This document shows, one piece after another, positions 49,036 to 62,415 of a stretch of DNA of 64,000 nt. Under the pieces are notes generated by a model. It was not told the DNA's origin. It did not search any database and saw only the letters and a program-made list of their open reading frames with translations. The stretch's first letter is position 1. Each line of letters opens with the position of its first letter. A program made the position numbers and the translations under genes. The stretch is from Lama guanicoe (Eukaryota), in the NCBI GenBank assembly GCA_013239625.1, contig MU053431.1:932001-996000 (forward strand), read 5' to 3'.

Positions 49036-52000
49036 TGTGTTGTAAAAGTATTCCCTGAATTAATTTAGATGAATAGGTTTTTGTGCGTGGGGCTCACGGG
49101 CCACCCTTGGGGTGGGCTTGTGGAGGGCAGGGGGTCGATCTCATCCACAAGAAACCGAGACCCCTCCTGGTTCTTCCAGGCAGCCTATGGGGGCACCTGT
49201 GGACGGTGGCAGCCCCGCCAGGCAAGTCCCGCTCGTGGGACCGAGGCGGGTCTGAGACGGGGGTGGGTGAGCCCTGGCCAGGCACAGAGCCCCGGGGTCA
49301 CGCTGTCTGAATGCAGACTGGAAATTGGATGTGGAAATGCGCTTCCACCAGCATCAGACAGGGACACCCAATCTTAAAAGCAGGATGTAGCTAAAACTGC
49401 TTATTAGTAAAGCCAAGATTACCCGGGATTTTGAAGTTGGTTCTTATCTTCCGCGCTGCTCAGGTGCAGGGGTGGGGACCTGCAGCTGGAAGAAGCATCA
49501 GACAGCCCCGCGGAGTGACCCCTGCTGCTGTCCCTGTGGCCTTCTGCCACCCTGGGCAGAGATGCTGACGAAAAGCCAGCAAAACCGAAACAAACCGCCC
49601 GGCTCCGCTCCCGTGACTGCGGAACACGCCCAGGCCCACCTTGATGAGCCCCGGAGAATGGACCCCACGTGGCTCTGCAAAGAGGCAGCCTGATTCCGTG
49701 AGCGCCCGGGACGGTGCCCAAACTAAACCTCTGTTCTCACCTCAGCTCGTAAAGGACGGTCCACCCGGTGCCGTGTTGGGCCCTGCACCCTGACAGGCAC
49801 ACGGGGCAGATACCGAAATGGAGACGCGTCGTCCAGGGCACGCACTCAACGGGTCCCTACGTCTCAGACCCCCCACCCCTCGTGTCTAAAGCAGCTCGTC
49901 TGTAGGAAGACCTGCTTTGCACACAGATCAAGAAGTACAAGAGCGCTGAGCAGCAGCAGAATGGAAGCGCGGGCAGAGGTCGTCGTGGGAAGACACAGAA
50001 GGAAGCGGAGAGCACCTCACGCAAGTGCTTCCCCTGCCTGGAAACCACTTCGCAGCCAGCCAAAGGGCCGCGCCTGCTAATCTAGCCAAAACCTAGAAGT
50101 ATGGTGTCACTGCTGAGAAGGCCCTGGGGGCGTGGGGGCCCCTCGCAGGGCTCTGTGGGAACGTGGGGCCCAGCCTGGTGGGGTCGACAGATGCACAGAT
50201 ACTGGCCTTCTGCTATGGGGTCACAATTACCGCAAACTTGGCGGCGGCAGACGAGGCTCAGTGACGTGCCCCAGTCCTGTGGGGCCAACGCCCCGGCCGG
50301 CTCTCGGCCCGGGGTCGCAGGTGTAAGAGCGTAGGTCAGCTGGACTGAGGCTTTGTTCTCATCAGGGCCGGGGTCCCCAGGCCCACCAGCTGGGGTGGAA
50401 CTCAGTTCCGTCTCCTGTTTTCCGTGTGGCTTCTTCCGCAAAGAAAGCCGGCCAGCGAGGTCTGGGAGATTGTGGGGAGGGGGTTGCAAGGAGAAGGCAC
50501 GGTCAGGGGGGACAAGGACGAGTCGGGGCCCTTGGTGGCACTGAGCTCAGGGGGAAGACAGTTTGAAGAGAAGGGGTCCACCGCAGCGGGAAACATCAGG
50601 GCAGGCGACGCAGGGCAGGTCTGGGGCCGACAGGTGAGCGAGGCTGCCGCATGTGCAGACCCCTGGGGCCACCTGCTCACAGGCAGTCCTGGACTGAGTG
50701 GGTGGGCCGGCTGCTCCCCTCTGTCAGTGGTGCACTGTCACCAGCATGAACAGACCCTGCAGTGCTGACAGGTCATCCAGCCGTGCCCCATGTCCCCCGG
50801 GCATGGGAAGACCCAGGGACCCAGAGGCCAGCGAGCCTTCCCTTGGCATCCCCTTTCTCTGCCATCAGAGCCGCTCCGGTACGGGGACATGAGCGGGGTC
50901 GCCTCCTGCTGCCTTGTTGAGTGGGAGTCTCGGGGGTCCGGAGCGGGCCTCCCAGGCTTCAGAGGGAAGGAAGACGGTGAGGACGTGGCCGCGGGCGCTC
51001 ACCGTGGGTGGCTGAGCCCCACAGGCCTCACGGGGGCCAGGCCTGATTACCCCTCCGCGTGGGGAGGGGCCGGGAGCCTCGGGAGGCGTTAGACCTGCAG
51101 GCACGGAGCCTGGATGCCTCTGGAAGATTAATCCTGTGTCTCCCTGAGGGGGGACCCGGCAGCCTCGCCGACTCCCACGTCAGCATCCAGCCTCGCTGAC
51201 TCCCCGCCCAAACTGTGCTTTGGGAGGTTTCTCTTGCCATCCTTTGGCTTTTCAGACAGGAATCACCCCCTCCTTCTGTTTAGGGAGATAAACTGGCTGA
51301 ATGCTAACAAATTTGTTCTATTAACATATTCAGCAGTAGGCAGGCAGGAGATAATATAACTCAATTTCTATCTTAAATCATTGTTTTAATCTCGCACTTG
51401 AATATCATCATTTAATTTGTACATCCAGCTGGAAATATTGATTTTTTCAGAGGCGTTTATTCTGTGCATTATGTAAAATTCTATTTGCACTCTGCTCTAG
51501 AAATATTACTTTGTGGCTTAAAATGTTATTGAGATTATTCAGCTTATTTCCCTTCATTTCCCACGTGCTCTCGCATCTCATGCAGACGGGGCACTGTGAC
51601 TTCCCTGTGGAGCTGGAGTGACCCGTGTGGAACCAGGCTAGGGGCTGATGGAGCACACGAAGGGGAAGAAAGGGTACCTCCTTGCTTGGTGTCCGTGACT
51701 GTGTGTGTGCATTCTGTATTTAATGCAGTTGCTGAGAAGCTGGGAAACAGTGAAAACCGGGCTCGCGGCCTGACCAGGGCTGGGTGCCCACCAAGTCCCA
51801 GACCAGCCGTCCACGGGCGCCTGCTCTGGAGACCCCGGGGCATCAGGTTGGGTTGCAGGGTCTGGAGCTGAAAAGTGGTCCCTGGGCATCTGCACTGATC
51901 AGGTCCTGTTTCCTTTGAGGTCTTTCCCCAAGCTTGGGCCTTGTCTGGTCCCTCGAGGTCTCTGTCTCAGGGATACCATAAAGAAAGCATGCCGCCTCTT

Positions 52001-52179
52001 GTGGCAACCTCCGGCGGGCGTGGCTGTGGTGGGAAACGAACCTTCGTCCAGGTTCACTCAGAAGGCAGCCCTGCCCATTTGGCTCCCAGACACATTTCAC
52101 AGAGACGGTCACAGCCATGTCTGCCTGGAGCACCTGCCCTGACCTGAGCCTTTCATCCTGAGGTCACTTGAGCCCACAC

Positions 52180-52290
52180 CTTACTTAATGGATCTCCCAG
52201 AAACCTCATGACCCAGGCTGGGCGGCTGTAATCATTCCCATTTCACTGATGAGGAAGTTGAGGCTCCAAAGCAAGATCTAAGGGTTTACT
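52180..52290 (-). mobile_element. MIR fragment
   Basis: cattcccatttcactgatgaggaagttgaggctc. Confidence 0.7.
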
Positions 52291-52637
52291 GACTTCCAGG
52301 GCAGATTAGAGGCAGTTAGACAAGGAATGGATCCAGTAGCCTCCCCTGGGTCTCCAACAGCCCCACGGAGGGTGAGCTGAGTCCCACAGGGGCCCTGGCC
52401 CTGGGGACGTAGCCGGAGGGTCATCAGGGATCGACCTGGTGTGTGCAGGTCCCACCCACGGTCCCACGAGACAAGACCACAGGTCCATTTGTTGAAAATG
52501 TCCACTAATACAGAGAGGACAGAGCTGGATTTAAAATAACAGCCATAAGCCGGGCTTAGGGAAAAAATCAATTTGTAGTTGTCCAGAAAGCCTTTTAAGT
52601 AAAATGTTTTTAGAAATAAATTATATGTGGGGAAAGT

Positions 52638-52728
52638 CAGGACCAGAGCCGTAATCTGTGGGGCCCGGAGCAAAATAAAAACATAGGGCGCTTCCTTCAA
52701 TAAGTGTTAAGAATTCCAAGGTGACTTA
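52638..52728 (-). mobile_element. MER45-like hAT-Tip100 fragment
   Basis: caggaccagagccgtaatctgtggggcccggagcaaaataaaaa..ttcaataagtgttaagaattccaag matches a MER45A terminus. Confidence 0.7.
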
Positions 52729-53399
52729 GGGAGCGGGAAGTTCTCTGTGCTGTGCCCCCCGCTCCCCTCCCCCCAGCAAAGAGTTCCGGGAGCATCTTCA
52801 AGCCCCCTCCCCCTTCCCCTGCAGAGACTCACAGGCAGAGGCTCGGGGAGGAACCAGCTGTGCCTTTCAAAGGGGAGGCTGAGAAGGTCCTCCCCGGGCT
52901 TAGGTGTGGAGAGAGCCATCCCCCTCCAGTGCCCGGCATCGCAGCTCCGTGAGAGGGGCCGGCCAGCTGGGACAGCCCTGCCGAGGCTTCCCGGCCCTGC
53001 CGAGCAGCGGCCCCACCCGCGCCCTCCCGGGTCCCAGCAGCCTCGCTGCATCGCTGTGAAGGCCAGCTGCCCGCGGGTGGCAGCGGTGGGTCCCCACCCT
53101 CAGTGCTCGTGGGGTGGAAGGCAGCGCGCGGGCACCCGCGGGCCAGGGGTGAGGTCAGTGCCGCTGTCCCTCTGAGACCCGCGTGTTACACAGACCCCAG
53201 TGCTGCAGAGCCAGGGAAACAGCACCTCTGGTTACGGGGGCACCAGGGGCACCCCGATTCCCTGCGAGCTTTCCTTGGAGTCTCTTCCTGTTCGAGCAGC
53301 CTCTTCCCCGGTAGATGGGGCCAGCGGGTCTCCTCCACCCCTGCCAGGCCTCAGCCGGGCCTGTCACGCGGGGACAGACGCACCCCTGCTGCTCCCTGC

Positions 53400-53562
53400 C
53401 TCTGCCTCCTTGCGAGGGCTGCTGGATCAGGGTGCACCCCACGACCTCATTTTAACTTAATTGCCTCTTTAGAGAGTCTGTCTCCAGAAGCAGTCGCACG
53501 CTGAGGCCCTGGGGCTTCGGGCTTCAGTGTGTGAACGGGGGTGCACCGTTCAGCCCACAGCC
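53400..53562 (-). mobile_element. MLT1B/C MaLR LTR fragment
   Basis: gacctcattttaacttaattgcctcttta..tctcca..cagtcgcacgctgagg..ctgggg..ggcttca..ttcagcccacagc. Confidence 0.8.
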
Positions 53563-56500
53563 AAGGGGTTCTCTCCTGCGCAGGTGTTGGCCGTGAGTTG
53601 GCTCAGAGTCCCTGTGGCTTTTAGCTTGTGCCCAGCCCCTACATGTGTGTCCAGCGTCCTGCAGCAGGACGAGAGGGGCACAGGCCCCGAGCCCTGCACG
53701 TATCTCCCTGGCCAGAGCTGGTCCCGGGGTCGTGCCTCCTTCCAGGGTGGAGAGGGTGACTCTCTGTCCCCGGGGTATCGGTGGCCAGCTCCCACTCCTC
53801 CCCTGCTGCCCCCAAATCCTGGGCAGCCTCGGCGGAGGGAGGTGACCGATTGGTCTGTGCTCAGGTGTGGACAGGAGGGCAGAGGAAGGGCTGGAACAGA
53901 CTGAGCAGGACCTGGAGCCCCTGCGGTGTCTGGCACCTAGACAGGGCCCCCCCCTTTCCGGGCAGGCATGCGGGGAGCTGGGTGGGCAGTGAAGGAACAG
54001 GAACATACTCCTTATCCAGTTTAGAAACTGCAGTTAGAAAGATCTTGCATGTGGTAGCACATTTAAAGAACTGACTTTATTGAAAAGCAAAAAATTACAT
54101 GAAAAGACATGAAAATCCAGCCAAAAGCCTATGGGTTAATATGGCTTGTGCCCTGGAAACTGGGACAGTGTTGGGAAATATTCATGAAGCCGGCCCGCGC
54201 CGCATTTGAAAGGGAAGGCTGCAGAATGTGGGAGAACAAATACCCAGGTTTCAGTGTCTAATTCATGGGGAATTCACGTGCTTTCTGTCACAGGGTTTCA
54301 GCTTCCGGCCGTGGGGTCTCGGTTCTGTTCACAAGCTCTTCCCAGGGGTGTTCAGTGCACCCTGCAAACGCTGGGCCCGTGGGGGTAGCCGGGGGCGTCT
54401 CCTGGCCCAGGGAGGATCTTGCAAAGCCACCAGTCGTGACAGAGGACTCGAAAGAACCGCCCCGTTCGGTAGATGTCTCCATCTCTAGTATCTGTCTTTG
54501 GGATAAACTCTTCAGAACTTGGACGGAATCCGCGTGTCTTCAAGGCGGATTCCCTTGGCAGAACCTGATGTGTGGGAACTCGGTGGCTTCCAGCGATTCG
54601 GTTGCTCCTGAACTGTCCTGCCAAGGCAGTAATCCAACAAACAGACCGCGCGGCGGACGCCCTGCCGGCCCCTCTCCGGGCACCGACGTCCCCGCTTCCT
54701 TCCATGTCTCTCCCTCGTGCTCCGTCACAGGAGGCGGGTGGGAGACAAACCTGGCGAGTCCCCGTGGCCCTGAGCTAGGCTGCTCCCTGCCATCCACCCG
54801 CGTGCCCAGAGGGTGTCAGAGGGGAAGTCTGGCGTCTCTTCCGTACCGCTCCAGAAAATCACTGAATACCGCAGTCATTGTTAATTCCGTTAGGATTTGC
54901 TCAGGTTATTAATCAGAACACGAAGTTCCCCATCATCTGCCATCACACTTGACGCCCACGAGTCCGCGTGTAGAGGGTGCTTATGCAATTGAACAAGCGG
55001 GGTAAATAAGGCGCAGGGAGTTCACACCTCAGACCAGCGACGGGGCCTGGGGGGGCCCGCCGGCACCAGCTTTACTCGGGCCGAGCTCAGTGTCCGCTGT
55101 CTCTTCCTTTCTGTTACCACGTGGGGTGGGTCTTCCGTTTTCAGCAGGCGTATCGGTGAGTCTCAGATCTGTAAACAGAATCAACCAGACCCTGAAAAGT
55201 GCAAATGACAAAGCAAACACGGGTGCCCACCACCCGGAATTAATAGGTGTGAACTGAGTTTTTGCAGAGGTGAGGTCATCATGGGAAAGGCGACATCCCC
55301 TTCTGTCCCCAGAAGTGACGCTTCTGAGCGTGGCCTCCCTCCGCCCGGCTCTTGTACTTCTCCTATGCCATGTGTGTGCAGAGGTTACGCTAAGCTTTCT
55401 GTCGACTTACCTGGACTGTGTGTACGTGGCATCCCACCCTGCCGCCCTGGAACACACTCACTGGGCACGGTGTTCTGTGCCCTCTGCTCCCTCCAGAGCC
55501 CCTGAGAGGGTTGCCCCAGATGGCCCCTCAGAGCCAGGGGTGGACCTGGGCAGTGAAACGTGGGCGGGGTGGGGTGTGCCACCCACGCCGCCAGGTTTAA
55601 CCACCCCGGGAGGGCATTCAGGACCCTCCCTCTCGCATGGAACTCCTTCCCATCCAGGCAGCATGGAATGCCGGACCCGGGTCCATGGGGCGGCTGCCCC
55701 GGGGTGGCTGAGCTGGAGACAGACTCCTCGTATGGGTTCAGCTACTGAGACCTGGGGGCTGGTTGCTGGCGTAGCAGAACCCGCCCTGCCCTGACCCACA
55801 GGGGTCGGTTCCAATTTTGTGTCGTCGCAAGCAGTGTGGCGACGTGGAGCCTTCCGTGCGACTCCTGGCCCAGGTGCTCACGTCTGCTGAGGTGCCTGCC
55901 TGGATTGTCTGGGCCAAAGGGCTGTTTCACCATCAGCTTTCCTGGCGCGGCTCACTTGCTCTCCACAAAGGCTGTGCCGCGTGCGCACGAGCCCTCTCCT
56001 CCCGACGGCCCCAGCGCATTTTAGACGTCGTGTTTGCCGGCCCGAGGCGTGTGAAGTTCGTTACTTCCCTGCTCCCACCTCCCCTAGATGGCCCCTCTGC
56101 AGACACAGTGTCAGCTGTGAGGCTCTGATGTACTGGAGTCCCCGCGGTCATGAAAGGAGCGGCCCTGGGGGTGAACAGGAATCCCTGCTCTGCTCAATAC
56201 AGGGGACCTTTCTGACACTGACACAAGAAAAGAAAGCCCTTACCAGCTCAGTGAACTTTGGTAGCACGTGGGGAACATTTTATAAGCAGAACATCTGAAA
56301 GGGGTTTTCTGTTCCTTTTAATAAATAACTCCTGCATCAGAAGCGCCATCGATGCGCGTACACCTTGTCCCGGGAGGTGGGGTTGGAGCCGCACCCACCC
56401 TTTGGAAGGGTCCACCTTGACCCTACAAACGATGCTTCAAGTTCCCATGATTTGGAAAAGTGGGTTTCTTTTGTGAGTAAAAGTGTGGATGGCAGAGTTG

Positions 56501-58834
56501 GGCTGGGCCATAAAACGTTGCTAAATTCACGGATGTCACTTAGCTCTGCTAATTTCACAGCCTTAATAGGTTTCATTTGTCACTTGCGACACTGCCAACC
56601 TGAGCCCTTTCTTCGTTCCAACTTCAGTTATTAAAAGAATTTTTAAAAACCCAAGGTGCCGAGGGCACATCGGAGACAGAGGCTGAGGGGTTAAGCAAGA
56701 AGCAGCCCGGCCGAGCAACCTCGCACAACAGGGCTGCTGCAGAAAGTCACAAACTGCAGCTCTGGAACGCCACTCTCCCAAGCGTGCGCGATTGCAAGGG
56801 GTCCCGGGAGCGTCCGCCGGCCGTTAGTAACGTCTCGCAGAGTTTGTGCCTTCCCTGCCCTGAAGCTGCGAAGAGGAAGGTCCTCCCAGTCCCCGCCGCC
56901 CGCTCTGGGGCTGCAGGAGCAGCTGGGAGGCAGACATGTTCTCAGCCATCCCCTGACGTCTGCAGCATCACGTCCACGTGCCCTGGGCCTCAGATATCCT
57001 CTTTAAAAACGGATCATTTGAATTCAGATCCAGACAGGGCCACACTCTGTGATCAGCTGAGGCGCCTTCACAGTGCCTTTGACTGACGGGTTGCCCTGGC
57101 TCTGTCTTTCTGGTGGGGCAGGAGGTGGAGGTGTGACCTTAGAACCCCCACTCTGGGTTTGCATCCTCACCGCAGGTGGGGGTTAACAGTCTCCTCTCCC
57201 CCCACCCCGGGTGCCCTGGTGCTGGGAGTCGGACCCAGGGGGCCGAGCAGCTTCCTGGCAATTAGTTTTGGGGAAGAGTCCAGCTTTCTGAGGTGGCCAG
57301 GTCTTCCATCAGGGTGAGGTCCGGTGCCCTACACGCTTTAAAAGTTAGAAATGATCAGAGAGATGGCGGGGTGGAAATGCAACAGAGAAACATCCCACGA
57401 CCTGCATAGCTAACAGGAGCCCAGCGCTGCGCTCAGGGGTCCTGCGGCTTCAGGCCCAAGGTCGGGCGGTGGGATGGGGGCGACAGAGGCAGGGAGAGGG
57501 ACCAGCCTCGAACACAGACTGCGCGGAAGTCAGGGGCCGGGGTCAGCGTGCGAGGAGACGGGGAAGAGAGACTCAAGGTCCGGGGACGGAGGGCCGAGCG
57601 GGCGTCTGAGACACGAAGATGAATCCCTCTCTGTTCCAGCTCCACGATGTTTTATATTTTAATTTTTTTAAACTATCACGCCAAATTCTTGGGGCAACAT
57701 TTTTATTCAGATGGGTTGCATTTTCATGATTTAAAGTACCTATTTAAAAAATTAAAGCATGTTTACAGAAATTTAAATTCTCAGGGTGTAGCAAATAAAT
57801 TGCCTCTAAAAGCACCCGTTTTTAAGCAATTCAGAGAAAGAAGGAAGAGATTAGCAGCTTCTGAAGGCGCAGCCCAATCTCGGAAGACTTTACAGAACAG
57901 TTAAGGGGGCACTGCCACGCTTGTTCTTCTAGAAAGGTGTCGCCGGTGAGGAGATGGAGAAAGGAGGACCTGGGACGTTATGGAGTCGGCGGGCGGTTGG
58001 AATATTGTCGTCCAGCTAATGGATCAAGTGGCTCACTCGGGGAAACGAGTTAGGAAGATCACGGAGCTGACACCTTCAGGGAGAACATGTTGTGCGTCTT
58101 GTTCTGTGAAATCACAAACGGCTCCGACTTTCCCGGGGAGAGGCGGGCGTGGCAGGAAGGAGGTGACGGTGGGGCTAGATGAAGGCCCACAGGGATGGTG
58201 TAAGCAGCATCACTCGGTCTCGCCAAGTCTCGACTCGGCAGGCCCGTCCTCCCGGGAGCTGAGCAGCGGTGTCTCCCCTGCTTCTAAAACACCGTGATGA
58301 GCAGCCCTTCCCCGCAGGCGTGCAAAGCAGAGCTTCCGACCCCCAGGTCCAGCCATTAGCAACTGATGTAAGATACAGCGTTGCAGTCGCCGGGCAGGGC
58401 GCTGTGAGTCTCGCGGGCGGGGTGTCAGCTGACAGCCAGAGCAGGGCACTTAGACAGCCGGAGTGTCCGGAGGGCACTTAGAACCCACAGGCACGGCCCT
58501 GGCGTCCGCCCAAGAAGAGCACCCGGCTCAGCGACGCTAACGCAGGCGCTTCTTTTGAAAAACACGTCGGCGCTTTGAAGGAAGTGGGGTGGGGGCAGGC
58601 TCAAAGCGAGGTGCCTGTGCGCAGTTTGCTTTCTTCGTGGACAGATTTATGAATTCAGAACTTTCCTTGTTTATTTTGAGGATGTGCAGGCCTTTCTGTT
58701 CACCCCTCGTGCTGTTCATGGGAAAGAATCGTCCGCACCCCTAGCGTCTTCTTGACGCGGAGAGACTAAGGAGCCGCGCCCCCCACACCTCCCCCGGGAC
58801 CCTGTCGCCTCCCAGAGGAGGCGGCCGTCCGCGG

Positions 58835-58990
58835 TGGCAGTGGCAGCCCAGAGCATAGTCTTCGGCAACAGGCTGACCTGGGTTCGAATCACAGCTTTGC
58901 CATGTTGTTGCTGTGTGATTCTGGGCTGGCAGCTTGGCTTCTCTGAGCCTCCACCCGTCACCTGTATGAGGAGCGCCTTCCTCATAAGGG
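58835..58990 (+). mobile_element. MIR SINE with tRNA-derived head
   Basis: agagcatag..gacctgggttcgaatcacagctttgcca..gctgtgtgattctgggc..cttctctgagcctc. Confidence 0.85.
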
Positions 58991-59580
58991 GGTGCACTCA
59001 GATTCCAGAGAGGATGTTTCAGGGCTCCCCTGGGGGCACAGGGGTGTCTGGGATGCTGGAATTACAGTGTGGGACAGAGTCACTGTCTTTGTGGACCCTG
59101 GAGTCTAGGCACAGTGAGGGAAGTATTCCCGAAACGGGAAGAAAGACCCACGGCTGAGACAGCAGGTCTCCGCCCAGGATGAACTGTTCCTGGGTTTGTA
59201 GGCGGCCCTCCTCCGGAGCTCCCCACCGTCTGAGGAGGCCTGGCTGGCTGTGAGGACCCAGCTGTTCCTTCCCGAAGGCTTTCTCCCCCAAGGAGCCCCC
59301 TCCCGCCCTGGCTTCTGCAGCATCCGCTGCCCGGGCACCCCCCACAGCCTCCCCAGCTCAGGGCCCGTCGGCCCCCAGCCTCCCCTTCCTTCCTTCACGT
59401 CCCCCTTAGACTGGGGTCTTTCCTGACTCTCCACTGGGTACCCCGTGAAATCTCCGCACCTCTGCCTGCTTCTGGGGCTCCCATGACCTGGCCCCACCCC
59501 ACCTTCCCGCCCTCTGTTCACACCTCCCTTGGGGTCTGCGAGGGCCCCACCCTCATGGTGTCCATCCCCCACTCTGGAAC

Positions 59581-60110
59581 CCTGTCTCCCCGTGGACCCC
59601 TGCGCTGTGCTTCCAGCGCCCACGCCTCCCGCACGGCCGCCTTCTGCATCCCTCCTGGGCCGCGGCCCCCACGCCGCACCTCGCCGCCCCTCGCCGCCCC
59701 CACCCCCCGGCGAGCGCCCCGCAGGCAGGAGATCAGCCCATTGGAAGGCAGGGATGAGGCGGCGCTTCCCTCCTGGCGGCAAGTTGCTGAGAGGCAGAGA
59801 GGGCGCGTGGGGCGGGGGGACAAGCGGGGGGACAGGCCATCAGAATCCGGGCTCCGCCGCCCACCAGCCAGATGTGGGCTTGATGCCTGAACGTGCCATC
59901 TGGATCCTCAGGGACAAGCTGCGGGTAGCAGTGGTCCCGCCTCCTCTCATGACGCTTCAGTGAACGCGGGTGTGTGCAGTCTCAGACGCGGGCTCGGCCC
60001 GTGGCCGGCACCGGGCGCCTGTCAGCCGGCAAGCATGTGAAGACTGTCGTGCGTGTTTCAGGGCCCGGCACACCCTAGGTGCTCGATCCACGCCGCTAAC
60101 GGAGCAAGTG
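59581..60110. promoter_or_regulatory. CpG-island-like segment (orphan/intragenic)
   Basis: About 45 CpG counted by hand in 59581-60060 in very GC-rich unique sequence. GC boxes (ggggcggggg) and a cctcgccgcc duplication. Confidence 0.5.
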
Positions 60111-60787
60111 AGGACTCCTTCTCCCTGCGCTGTCCGCTTCTCACTCACAGCAACTCGGTCCTTTTCCTTGCTTTACCTGGCAGAGCTCGCTGGGGTGTAG
60201 AACAGTGCAGAGAAGTCCGCAAACCACCGGACTTCCACAGAGGGAGTCTGCACGCATGATCAGCAGGTAGATGGGGGAACGGGGCCTCTCCGGCGTCCCC
60301 AGAAGCCCCTCGTGCTCGGCCAGTCCTGTCCCGGGGGCGGCCGCTGTCCTGACTCCCTCAGCGCAGGTCACCTTCGCCATCCGCGGAAGCGCACGGCATC
60401 CTCCATTGGGCTGCTTCCTTCCCCCAGCTCGAGGGGAGGTGTGGTGCCCACTCTTCTGTGGGACAGCGACCTGCTGTGGACACCAGGACAGCGCTGCTGG
60501 CCTGCCCAGCTCCCCACCGGGCCTCGCTACTCTGCCTCGAGCTCCGGGCCCCTCACCCGGGGGAAGCAGTCACTTGCTCTCCGTGTTTCCGATTATATTC
60601 ACCTCTGGAGCCGTTTGTGCAGAGACTAAAACGGATTTGGTGTGATGAATCACAAAATCGCACCCTTTACTCAAAAACTCCACGTAAACAGCAGTTCCAT
60701 TTGGGATGAATTGGACCCACACAATGAGTTATGGGCTCATTAGAGTGGCAGAGCGCCTTCCTTTATCATATCAAGTTTACTTAAATC

Positions 60788-60827
60788 ACACAGAACGTTC
60801 ATTTTTAACACAGAACATTCATTTTTA
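60788..60827. repeat. 20-bp tandem duplication
   Basis: acacagaacgttcattttta followed by acacagaacattcattttta (1 mismatch). Confidence 0.9.
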
Positions 60828-62198
60828 GAAACACTTCGCACCCACCTCAAGGAATCATCGGGGTTGCTCCAGGAGACACGACACAATCCCGTTTTTAACA
60901 GGATGCACGTGGCTTGCGATTGTGTGACAGCCTGATTCCATTATGCCTTCCCTCTGGGGACAGCCCACAAAGATTGATTACACATTAAAAATGGTATTAA
61001 AGGAAGAGAGAGCCTGCGTGTCTTCTGCCTGTGGCTCTGAGCGTGGCCCCACGCTCTCCCTCACTCAGATGCCCCCCATCCCCCCTGTGGTGGGATGGCT
61101 CCCTGCACCCCTGCCCCCAAGGGACACGCACACATTCCTCTGCCTTTCTTTTGAAGAGTCTCTTGACCATGGCATGTGCCAGCAATGGTGACGAAGGTGT
61201 GCATTTGGGCATCGCTGAGTCATCCAGGCCTGGGTCTTTTCTGGAAAATACACCCAGGATGACGTGGGCAGACGCAGGCTTTGTTCTCTGGTCGGCTCCC
61301 CATGTGTGTGCCCCCAGGACCCAGAAGCGGGTGGGGAACCACTCCAACCTTTCTGTGATTGAGGAAAGAAAGCCTGGTGGGTGGGGTGGGGGTCGTCCAG
61401 GCCTCCGTGCAGAGACCGTGTTCCAATCACCACCAGGACCCCGGGTGCTCCTTACACAGACTTTTATTAAATACAACGAGTCCTTCAGATGCAGTGGCCA
61501 GAGTCCAAATGTGAACTTGAATGTTTCTTAACTGAGCCACAGTTGAGAGCAAACAGACCGCGGGCGCCCTCTTGTCCGTCACACAGCCCTTCTGTGATCT
61601 GGAGTTCCCGCTCCAGGGGCCATCCCCGCTGAAGACGTTCGCACTTGTTCACCATAGCACCGCTGTTCATAGAGGCCACACGCATAGATCCACGTGCGTC
61701 CTGTAGCCTCGGTCCAGGTCCCCAGGCTTCAGGGTCACCAGCCCCATGAGTGTCTGGCCCCGAGACCAGTGAGCGGTGGCTCTGCCCTGCTCAGGGGTGT
61801 CACAGACCAGGGGCGCCAGGCGCCAGGGCCCCGGGTAGCCTGGCCCTCCTCCCGCAGCTCTGGTCTGTGCCTCACTTTGGGGCCTGATGAATAGAAATGT
61901 CACTGAAAATTGATTTTCCATTTGGTCAAAAGAGAAGTTTATTTCTGGGTCTTTCCAAATGTAAGGTCATCCCTTGATGAGTCAGTGAAATTTTTATTGA
62001 GTTTTAACCTCGCTGTTGCGTGTTTCTGGGTGCTGTGTTCACGGGTGAACGGACACCCTACGTGCCACGAGCTAATAACCAGAAAGGCCAGGCTTGGCCC
62101 TGTGGGGACAGGCGACAGGAGGCCCGGGCTGGCCTCACTTCCCAGGAACCCTGTCACCAGGCAGCCCGCCGTGGTTCACAGGGTTCTGTGGTCGAAGA

Positions 62199-62415
62199 CA
62201 AGGGTCCAGAAATGTTTTCCGTCCAAGGGCCAGCTGGTAAACATTTCAGGCTTTGCGGTCACAGGGCCTCTGTTTACTATGTCCACTCTGCTTGTAGCAC
62301 AAAAGCTGCTGTGGCAGGAAGGACCCAGCGGCGGTGGCCACCTCCCCCAGAACTGCTCCCAGAACCAGGCGGCAGGTCCGATTCAAGCTCGCGGGCCACA
62401 GTTTGTTGACCTTTG
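62199..62415. mobile_element. MER58A hAT-Charlie DNA transposon
   Basis: aagggccagctggtaaacatttcaggctttgcgg..actctgcttgtagcacaaaagc..caggcggcaggtccgatt..cgcgggccacagtttgttgacc. Confidence 0.88.

Noticed and set aside
58878..58890. gggttcgaatc B-box as a tRNA gene
   Set aside because: It is part of a MIR head, with no cloverleaf or A-box context.
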